From: Minisyncoccia bacterium
GTDB lineage: Bacteria > Patescibacteriota > Minisyncoccia > Phycocordibacterales > CAIZLB01
Direction: 5' to 3'
NCBI GenBank assembly: GCA_041752275.1
Contig: JBGSHK010000015.1
Span: 64,641-128,640 of the forward strand
Length of the DNA: 64,000 nucleotides
Every line of letters starts with the position of its first letter. The first letter of the stretch is position 1. The notes beneath the pieces are model-generated. The model ran no database searches and was not told the origin of the DNA. It was given only the letters and a program-made list of their open reading frames with translations. The position numbers and the translations under genes are program-made. Shown here piece by piece: positions 57,050 to 64,000 of the stretch.

Positions 57050-57679
57050 ATGCAAGGAAAACTCATACTCATAAGACATCAGGAATCAGAATGGAATAAG
57101 CTAGGTCGCTGGACCGGACACAGAGATATACACCTTACACCACTTGGTTTTGAAAGGTCGAACAAATTTGGATTATATATAAAAGATTTAGATTTAAAAA
57201 TAAACAAAGCCTTTGCATCTATGCAAGTTAGAAGTATTGAAACTTTATCATGCATACTGAACACCTGTGAACTATATGATATACCAACAAAACATGCTGC
57301 CGAACTAGACGAAAGAGATTATGGGGATTATACAGGTAACAACAAATGGGAAATGGAAAAACAACTTGGTGAAGAAGATTTTTTAAAAATACGAAGATCA
57401 TGGGAATACACTCCGCCAAATGGCGAGTCTTTAAAAAAGGTATATGAGAGAGTTGTGCCCTATTTTACAGCAGAGATTTTACCCTTACTAAACAAAGGTG
57501 AAAATGTTTTAATAGTAGGTCACGGAAACTCACTTAGATCTCTTATAAAACACATTGAAGATATCTCAGATGAGGAAATAACAAATATAGAGTTTGATTT
57601 TAGTGAAGTTATTATCTTTGACTTAGATCAAACAGGTAAATGTGTAAACAAAAAAATTGAAGAAGTTTCTTTTGTTTAA
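57050..57679 (+). CDS. phosphoglycerate mutase-family histidine phosphatase (RHG motif reads RHQ)
   Basis: LILIRHQESEWNKLGRWTGHRDIHLTPLG and VGHGNSLRSL match the dPGM family; the conserved Gly of RHG is Gln here. Confidence 0.6.
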   Translation: MQGKLILIRHQESEWNKLGRWTGHRDIHLTPLGFERSNKFGLYIKDLDLKINKAFASMQVRSIETLSCILNTCELYDIPTKHAAELDERDYGDYTGNNKWEMEKQLGEEDFLKIRRSWEYTPPNGESLKKVYERVVPYFTAEILPLLNKGENVLIVGHGNSLRSLIKHIEDISDEEITNIEFDFSEVIIFDLDQTGKCVNKKIEEVSFV

Positions 57680-57700
57680 TTAATGAAATCAGTTAATAAT

Positions 57701-58207
57701 TTACAAGTTTCTGATAAAATTATTTTTTTGAGCAGAATATTTGATTGAATAGTATAAAGCAATTATACCTATTACAATTCCTGATATATATATCAGATCA
57801 GCAATATAGGGAGTATATTTTAATAGTTTTAAAGTAGATAATAAATAATTCCAGTCATGTATTACACTTTCACCTCCTAAAAGAGGTAATTGCATAAGCA
57901 TCGCATCTCTAGCGTAAACAGATATATTTATCATATTTTGCCCAACCCAAAATAATAAAATTGATGCCGAATGATATTCTTCTTGTTGCAGAAAATATAA
58001 ACAACATATAACAGGAATCAGAATCTGAAACAATGAGCCTCCAGTAATACTTATAAATTGTCCAAATAAGAAAGTAATAGTGTGGCCAGCTTCATGAAAA
58101 ATAAGGTTTATATTATCAATAAAATGCCATTTATTTGAAGTAAATGCATAATAAAAAAAATAACTTGCAACCATAGCAGTTAAAAAATAAGATGTATTGA
58201 ATTTCAT
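57701..58207 (-). CDS. hypothetical polytopic membrane protein with HEXXH motif
   Basis: 168 aa with ~5 TMs; HEAGH within IFHEAGHTITFLF suggests an intramembrane metalloprotease-like site. Confidence 0.3.
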   Translation of the reverse strand: MKFNTSYFLTAMVASYFFYYAFTSNKWHFIDNINLIFHEAGHTITFLFGQFISITGGSLFQILIPVICCLYFLQQEEYHSASILLFWVGQNMINISVYARDAMLMQLPLLGGESVIHDWNYLLSTLKLLKYTPYIADLIYISGIVIGIIALYYSIKYSAQKNNFIRNL

Positions 58208-58501
58208 ATATAATATAGTATACAGTATTTAAAATATCTTAATCAACAATGAAACATATTTCAAATTATTTTTTGTATACAATATGATATAATCAAAATA
58301 TGCTTACATTATTTAACTCTATAGCAATATTGACACTAATATTTTTATTAGGATACTGGATTGGAATATTCCTACTTTCCTATCACCTTATACGTTTTGG
58401 TATAGGAACATACCCTCGACGTATTGCTTTTATTATGATATTAGGGTCAGTTTTTTTGACAATATTAAGTATAATACTACTTGTAGCAATAAGATAAAAA
58501 T

Positions 58502-59098
58502 ATGAATACAATAAAAGAAACAGTTGATATGGCAAATATAGAAATAAAAACACAAAGTAGAAATCTGTTTGATTTTTTATCCCATTCTCATATGGGTTTT
58601 GAAGGTCAAAAACATGGTGAAGAAATACTTGTATTTACAAGACGTCATTGGTTTGTGCTTTTAAGTACAGGATTTATTGGTTTTGTTGCAAGTATTTTAC
58701 CTCTTGTTTTTGTAGTTTTAGGTGCAAAAATACTTATACAATACAATTTATCTACTATATTTACTTTAACATGGGTTATATATCTTATGCTTATATGGTT
58801 TTGGGTATTTTATAAACTAACAATGTATGCATTAGACAGTTGGATAGTCACAGACGAAAGAGTTCTCGACATATCTCAAATAGCACTTTTTCGAAGAAAA
58901 GTTTCAGAACTACATCTTACATCGATCGAGGATACTTCAGTACATACTGATGGTTTCATACAATCATATTTAAACTTTGGGGATGTAGAAATACAGACAG
59001 CAGGTGCTACTCAAAGATTCTTATTTGATGATGTTCCAAAACCTTTGGAGATCAAAGACACTATCATGACCGCTGCGGGTAAGTTTGTTGATAAATAA
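58502..59098 (+). CDS. membrane protein with bacterial PH (bPH_2/DUF304) domain
   Basis: Two TMs plus a C-terminal bPH-like segment; a paralogous architecture to the gene at 35068-35649. Confidence 0.45.
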   Translation: MNTIKETVDMANIEIKTQSRNLFDFLSHSHMGFEGQKHGEEILVFTRRHWFVLLSTGFIGFVASILPLVFVVLGAKILIQYNLSTIFTLTWVIYLMLIWFWVFYKLTMYALDSWIVTDERVLDISQIALFRRKVSELHLTSIEDTSVHTDGFIQSYLNFGDVEIQTAGATQRFLFDDVPKPLEIKDTIMTAAGKFVDK

Positions 59099-59169
59099 AA
59101 ACCCTCTCAAAAAAATACGCATCCTCTGAAGACAAAGCTCAATAAAAAAATAAGTCCTCCAGGAAATGG

Positions 59170-59227
59170 AAAGCTCAAACAAAAAACATACATTCTCTAA
59201 AGAAGAAATGTATGTTTTTTGTTTTCA
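59170..59227. repeat. conserved ~60-nt bidirectional terminator element, copy 2 (copy 1 at 11428-11487)
   Basis: aaagctcaaacaaaaaacatacattctctaaagaagaaatgtatgttttttgttttca; sits between a convergent gene pair (bPH_2 gene + / rpsT -). Confidence 0.6.
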
Positions 59228-59240
59228 CTTTAAGAAAAGA

Positions 59241-59510
59241 CTATTTCAAAGTTGCTTTCTTCACCATAGCGTTCAATCTTGATTTCTTTCTTGATGCTGT
59301 GTTTGCTTTGATAGTATTACCTTTTGCTGCTTTATCAAGTGCTGAAAAAGCTTTAGGTAAAAGAGCGTTCGCCTCAAGAGTTTTACCTTCTTTTACAAGT
59401 TTTTTAACAGACTTAACTGCATCTTCAACTTTTTTCTTACGTCTCAAGTTAAAAACTTTCTTTTTTTCACTACCTCTTAGGGCTTTTTTGGCTGATTGTG
59501 TTATTGGCAT
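59241..59510 (-). CDS. rpsT: 30S ribosomal protein S20
   Basis: MPITQSAKKALRGSEKKKVFNLRRKKKVEDAVK... matches the S20 pattern; 89 aa. Confidence 0.85.
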   Translation of the reverse strand: MPITQSAKKALRGSEKKKVFNLRRKKKVEDAVKSVKKLVKEGKTLEANALLPKAFSALDKAAKGNTIKANTASRKKSRLNAMVKKATLK

Positions 59511-59532
59511 ATTATTTTGTATAGTATATTAA

Positions 59533-61674
59533 TTATTTTCTCGCGTCAACTATTAGTTTTTCTACGTTTGGTGGCACAGCTTCGTATTTAGCGAATTCCA
59601 TAGTGTTTGATCCACGTCCTTCTGTCATAGATCTTAGCTGTGTAGTGTAACCAAACATCTCTGAAAGTGGTACAAGAGCTTTGATAGCTTTGTTCAAACC
59701 ACGGTCTTCCATACCTTCGATCTGACCTCTCTTTGAAGAAAGTGATCCTGTAACGTCACCCATGAACTTTTCAGGAACAACAACTTCTACACGCATGATA
59801 GGTTCCATGATAACTGGACGAGCTCTCTTTGCACCTTCTTGGAACGCTTGTGACGCAGCAATCTTGTAGGCGATCTCGGATGAGTCAACATCATGAGATG
59901 ATCCGAAAGTAAGTTCACATGACACACCTGTAAGTGGGAATCCTGCAACAATACCACGGTCCATAGCTTCTTTTACACCCTTTTGTACAGCAGGGATAAA
60001 TTCGTTTGGAATAATACCTCCTTTGATAGAATCGATAAATTCGTACCCTGGTTCACGGTGAACATTCTTAGGAACTTTAGCTCCAGCTTCCGCTTCAACA
60101 AGTGGTTTAAGAGTGATACGTACGTGACCGAATTGTCCTTTACCTCCTGATTGTTTAGCGTATTTGTATTCTGCCTCTGCTTCACCTGTAATAGTTTCTC
60201 TGTAAGCTACTTGAGGTTGACCTACGTTTGCCTCAACGTTGAACTCTCTTTTCATACGATCAATCATAATCTCAAGATGTAGCTCACCCATACCTGCAAT
60301 AAGAGTTTGCCCTGTCTCTGGGTTTGAAGTAACACGGAAAGTTGGATCTTCATTTCCAAGTTTACGAAGTGCAATACCCATCTTCTCTTGATCTGCTTTT
60401 GTTTTTGGCTCGATAGAAAGTGAAACAACAGGCTCAGCAAATACGATCGGTTCTAGAATAATAGGCTTATCAATATCACAGAATGTATGTGAAGTAAGAG
60501 CTTCTTTCAAACCTACGGCCGCAGCAATCTCACCAGCATATACTTTTGTAATCTCTTCTCTTTTATTTGCTTGAAGTCTAACAATACGTCCAAGTCTTTC
60601 TTTGTTTCCAGTTGTTGAGTTATATATGTATGATCCAGCTTCAATAGTACCTGAATACACACGGAAGAAAGTAAGTTGTCCTACGAATGGGTCAGTTTGC
60701 AACTTGAAAGCTAGAGCTGAGAAAGGGGCTTCGTCTGACGCCTCTCTTTCCATCTCCTCACCTGTCTCTGGGTCTGTTCCTTTTACTGGTGGAATATCGA
60801 GTGGTGAAGGTAAAAACTCTACAACGGCATCAAGGATAAGTTGTACACCTTTGTTTTTCAAAGCAGTACCTGTAAATACTGGGAATAGTTTGTTTGCTAA
60901 TGTTCCTTTTCTGATAGCAAATTTTAATTGTTCGATTGTAAACTCACCACCTTCTAGATATGTGTTCATCATGTCATCATCTTGTGATGCAGCTGCCTCA
61001 ACTAGAGTTGCACGATGTTTTGTAGCTTCTTCTAGATACTCTGCAGGAATCTCAGACTCAATAACCTTACTACCCATCTCACCTTCGAATGTGTAAGCTT
61101 TCATTTTCAAAAGATCAATAACACCTTTCATATTCTCTTCTTCTCCCATTGGGATTTGCATACGAACAGCAAATTTTGTAAGTCTATCTGTGATTGATTT
61201 GAATGATCTTTCAAATGATCCACCAGTTCTATCTAGTTTGTTAATAAAACAAATACGAGGCACGTTGTATTTATCAGCCTGTCTCCAAACAGTTTCTGAT
61301 TGTGGCTCTACTCCGGCTACACCGTCAAACACAGTAACGGCACCATCAAGAACTTTTAGAGATCTTTCCACTTCCACAGTAAAGTCTACGTGACCTGGTG
61401 TGTCGATAATATTAAATCTATGCATTTGTGATTTATCAGTTCCCATGTAAGTAGGATTCCAAAAACAAGTGATAGCAGCGGCAGTAATAGTAATACCTCT
61501 TTCTTTCTCTTGCTCCATCCAGTCAGTTACAGCTTCACCTTCGTGAACCTCACCGATCTTGTGTGACATACCTGTGTAATATAAGATACGTTCTGATGTT
61601 GTTGTTTTACCTGCATCGATGTGAGCGATGATACCGAAGTTTCTTGTTTTTTCTAATGAATAATCACGTGCCAT
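59533..61674 (-). CDS. fusA: elongation factor G
   Basis: G-domain motifs [17 protein letters not shown] and NKLD; 713 aa; EF-G domains II-V. Confidence 0.9.
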   Translation of the reverse strand: MARDYSLEKTRNFGIIAHIDAGKTTTSERILYYTGMSHKIGEVHEGEAVTDWMEQEKERGITITAAAITCFWNPTYMGTDKSQMHRFNIIDTPGHVDFTVEVERSLKVLDGAVTVFDGVAGVEPQSETVWRQADKYNVPRICFINKLDRTGGSFERSFKSITDRLTKFAVRMQIPMGEEENMKGVIDLLKMKAYTFEGEMGSKVIESEIPAEYLEEATKHRATLVEAAASQDDDMMNTYLEGGEFTIEQLKFAIRKGTLANKLFPVFTGTALKNKGVQLILDAVVEFLPSPLDIPPVKGTDPETGEEMEREASDEAPFSALAFKLQTDPFVGQLTFFRVYSGTIEAGSYIYNSTTGNKERLGRIVRLQANKREEITKVYAGEIAAAVGLKEALTSHTFCDIDKPIILEPIVFAEPVVSLSIEPKTKADQEKMGIALRKLGNEDPTFRVTSNPETGQTLIAGMGELHLEIMIDRMKREFNVEANVGQPQVAYRETITGEAEAEYKYAKQSGGKGQFGHVRITLKPLVEAEAGAKVPKNVHREPGYEFIDSIKGGIIPNEFIPAVQKGVKEAMDRGIVAGFPLTGVSCELTFGSSHDVDSSEIAYKIAASQAFQEGAKRARPVIMEPIMRVEVVVPEKFMGDVTGSLSSKRGQIEGMEDRGLNKAIKALVPLSEMFGYTTQLRSMTEGRGSNTMEFAKYEAVPPNVEKLIVDARK

Positions 61675-62066
61675 AAATTTTATGTGTTGTTTATATTTGT
61701 TTAATTTTTATATGTCCAGGCATAACGCCTGGGAAAAAGGTTGAGAATCGCGAGTTTGTTATGTTTACGCGAAAATCAAAACTTGTCCATGAACTATAGC
61801 ATGGATTGATGGGGATTTCTAGGGGGTTTTGGTGTCTTTTAGGTATGAAAAAGAACGCCTAGAATCATTGTGGTGTAAATTTCATATGATTTTAATAATG
61901 TGATATAGTTTAATTGTTCAACCGTAATTGTGCCTTTTAAGGGCTTATTTACCTTTTCACCGTCATTGTAGGTAGAAACGGGTAGCTAAGTTCTGTAATG
62001 GAGGTGTTTAGGCACACTGTTACGGTTGAACCCTTAGCTACCCTTTTTTAATTTAAATACAAATAT

Positions 62067-62972
62067 ATGAAAAAAATAATAATTCTAGGTCTCGTATTAA
62101 CATTTATAGCTCCTCAAATTGTTTTGGCGGCTTGGTGGAATCCGTTTACATGGAATATATTTAATAGAAAGAACCAGAAAACTTTAATGTTAGAAAACCA
62201 AGTTAAAGAACTTGAAAACGGACTGAATAATTTAGATAAACCTCAACAGGATTTTTCCACCACAACAAATGAATCTTCTACAAAAACAGAACCCTCAAGA
62301 CCACCCGTGGTTACAAAAATCACAAATAAAACTCCATCAAATCAAATAGTAAATAAAAATACATCTGTTGTGGCACCTGTACAACAATCTATATCCACAG
62401 ACGACCTTTTTAATGCAATCAATATTAAAATTAACAAACTCTTTGATATTAGAGATGGTGTAAAGTTATTAGGAGAAATGAAAGACATTAACAAATCAGA
62501 CATAAACTTAGTTTATAGTAAACAAACAGAAATAACAGGTACCATCTCAAATGGTTCACAAGACAGAGATAATTACAAGAAAGTCATATCTCAATCTTCA
62601 CAATCTGACCATAATAGAAATATAAACCTTTTAAATACACTGATATCTGACCTTGATAAAAAGATAGTGCAGTATACATCTGATTCAGCAAACCTAAAGA
62701 CTAATATACTAAGAAACATTGAAGCAGACAAAATTTCAGCAGTATCGGCTGAAATTGAACTATCTAAGGACAAGCTAGCAAGATTAAAGACTATAAATCT
62801 TGAGATAGCTAATTTAAACGCAAAAAGAGTTAAAGATATAGCATCAATTTCTGGAGTAGCTGGTCAAACAGAATCTCAATATAACATTAGTCTGAATACA
62901 ATAGAAAGACAATATACAAATGAATATAACAGACTTATGGCAGAATTTCAGCAAATTAAATATAGTAATTAA
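62067..62972 (+). CDS. hypothetical secreted coiled-coil protein
   Basis: Signal peptide MKKIIILGLVLTFIAPQIVLA; Asn/Gln/Ser-rich; no recognisable motif. Confidence 0.35.
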   Translation: MKKIIILGLVLTFIAPQIVLAAWWNPFTWNIFNRKNQKTLMLENQVKELENGLNNLDKPQQDFSTTTNESSTKTEPSRPPVVTKITNKTPSNQIVNKNTSVVAPVQQSISTDDLFNAINIKINKLFDIRDGVKLLGEMKDINKSDINLVYSKQTEITGTISNGSQDRDNYKKVISQSSQSDHNRNINLLNTLISDLDKKIVQYTSDSANLKTNILRNIEADKISAVSAEIELSKDKLARLKTINLEIANLNAKRVKDIASISGVAGQTESQYNISLNTIERQYTNEYNRLMAEFQQIKYSN

Positions 62973-62995
62973 AAATATTAACAAACAGATAAAAT

Positions 62996-63370
62996 ATGAA
63001 TTGTAAAAAATGCCAAAAAGAATTACAAGAGGATGATAAGTTTTGTAGTAATTGTGGTTACAAAATAGATAAAGATGATGACATTACTCTCGATTTAGAA
63101 GGAGACGAAGAAGAAAACACAGATGAAATAATTCTAGATTTAGATGATTGTATCGACATCGATCTTAGTGAACTTGATGAAGATAATTATAAAGGAAACA
63201 ATGATGTAACTGATACAGTAGAGCAAAAGAAGAGTTCAGCAAAATCAGAATTTATGAAGTTTATTTTAGGATTATTAGTTTTCATTGGAATAATATGGCT
63301 TATAATAGCATTAGGTCCTTTATGGATTATTGCTATAATATTATTATTAATATTATTAGTAAAAAGATAA
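62996..63370 (+). CDS. hypothetical protein with N-terminal zinc ribbon, acidic linker and C-terminal TM
   Basis: CKKCQKEL...CSNCGYKI gives four Cys; an acidic D/E-rich middle; C-terminal hydrophobic helices. Confidence 0.4.
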   Translation: MNCKKCQKELQEDDKFCSNCGYKIDKDDDITLDLEGDEEENTDEIILDLDDCIDIDLSELDEDNYKGNNDVTDTVEQKKSSAKSEFMKFILGLLVFIGIIWLIIALGPLWIIAIILLLILLVKR

Positions 63371-63487
63371 ACTTAATTTAAAAGGTATATTAAATGAAAT
63401 AATTTCCACTAAACTTTATACACAAAACCAACATTCCCTAAACTTTATAAAGTTTGGAATATTTAAACCCTAAATATAAAGTTATGA

Positions 63488-64000
63488 TTACTCACTAAGA
63501 TTCTTTCTACCCTTAAAATTCCTCTTCGACACCAGCAACTTCCCCGTCTTCTCCTCAATATCTTTTCGTGTCCGTCCAGCAACCTCCCCACCTATTTTAG
63601 CATCATGTTTAAGTGCCACAATACCTTGAGAATCTTTAGTTGTCGAAAGCTCAGTCGTTGTAGCTTCACCAAGCATAGTTAAAATAAGCTCGATGTCACC
63701 CATATGATCACGGAGATTGTCCCCTGCTTTTTTATCAAGGCTTTTATGATCCATATATTCTTTAGAAGTTTTATCAAATGTTGCTTTATATATCTCGTCG
63801 GTCAGTATTGCATAATCAGAACCTTTTGCTCCGCGGTTTTTCCATTCATCAGTTAACGTGTTTCTAACTGCTATACCTCGCATACGTTTATCTATCCAAG
63901 ACTTGTCATAACCTTTCTTCTCATACAACTCTTTAGCTCGAGTCACAGCAAGTTCAGGGTTTGCTATTTCTTCCAATCTTTCTTTACCTATACGAGCTAA
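63488..64000 (-). CDS. RhuM/DinD-family (virulence protein RhuM / DNA-damage-inducible protein D-like) protein, C-terminal part; N-terminus lies beyond window end
   Basis: VTRAKELYEKKGYDKSWIDKRMRGIAVRNTLTDEWKNRGAKGSDYAILTDEIYKATF matches the RhuM/DinD conserved region; the reading frame stays open to the window edge (the tracked start is a TTG). Confidence 0.45.
   Translation of the reverse strand, partial: LARIGKERLEEIANPELAVTRAKELYEKKGYDKSWIDKRMRGIAVRNTLTDEWKNRGAKGSDYAILTDEIYKATFDKTSKEYMDHKSLDKKAGDNLRDHMGDIELILTMLGEATTTELSTTKDSQGIVALKHDAKIGGEVAGRTRKDIEEKTGKLLVSKRNFKGRKNLSE

Noticed and set aside
1-64000. Alternative genetic code (UGA or UAA reassigned, e.g. code 25 of Gracilibacteria/SR1), prompted by the UUA-anticodon tRNA.
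   Set aside because: All recognisable genes are full-length under the standard code, and the stops checked (ftsK, recA, metG, lysS) are TAA. The conserved C-termini (SSB DIPF, ArgRS, S18) end exactly at those stops.

Overview
This is a low-GC (~30%) bacterial chromosomal segment; most genes are on the minus strand. Gene content suggests a Candidate Phyla Radiation (CPR/Patescibacteria, Parcubacteria-like) organism, which is an inference. The supporting features are a short MetRS with a separately encoded Trbp111 tRNA-binding domain, rplK followed by uppP instead of rplA, a PilM/N/O-like cluster, and many small hypothetical secreted or membrane proteins. Recognisable housekeeping genes include ftsE-ftsX, an ECF-type sigma factor with a putative anti-sigma partner, ftsK, recA, rpsF-ssb-rpsR, tatD, metG, glyQS, ileS, lysS, argS, a dCMP deaminase-dut-tmk block, uppP, rplK-nusG-secE, a PAP2 phosphatase, ruvX, MATE and EamA transporters, pyrD, a phosphoglycerate-mutase-family protein, rpsT and fusA. 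Six tRNA genes are present: a Leu-like type-II tRNA with anticodon UUA, Val-UAC, Arg-UCU, Ser-UGA, Arg-GCG, and a degenerate tRNA-Ser fragment. A ~6.7 kb integrative element sits at the 3' end of tRNA-Ser (43.6-50.3 kb); it carries a large serine recombinase, a small Xis-like HTH protein, a Rep_trans-like protein, a SpoVG-like protein, an unknown 524-aa cargo protein and membrane proteins. The most unusual signal is a family of four ~85-100 nt structured repeat elements with covarying stems. Each is closed by a helix whose 3' strand copies the T-loop and T-stem of a neighbouring tRNA (Val, Ser, Arg x2), and two copies sit in tandem partial tRNA-Arg 3'-end duplications. Other notable points are an isoleucyl-tRNA synthetase with a complete histidine-phosphatase domain inserted in its catalytic core, a candidate ochre-reading tRNA, a conserved bidirectional terminator repeat with compensatory stem changes, a PEP-CTERM-like protein with no exosortase in the window, and a pseudoknot-capable inverted-repeat structure upstream of a secreted-protein gene. 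No CRISPR array and no rRNA gene were seen.
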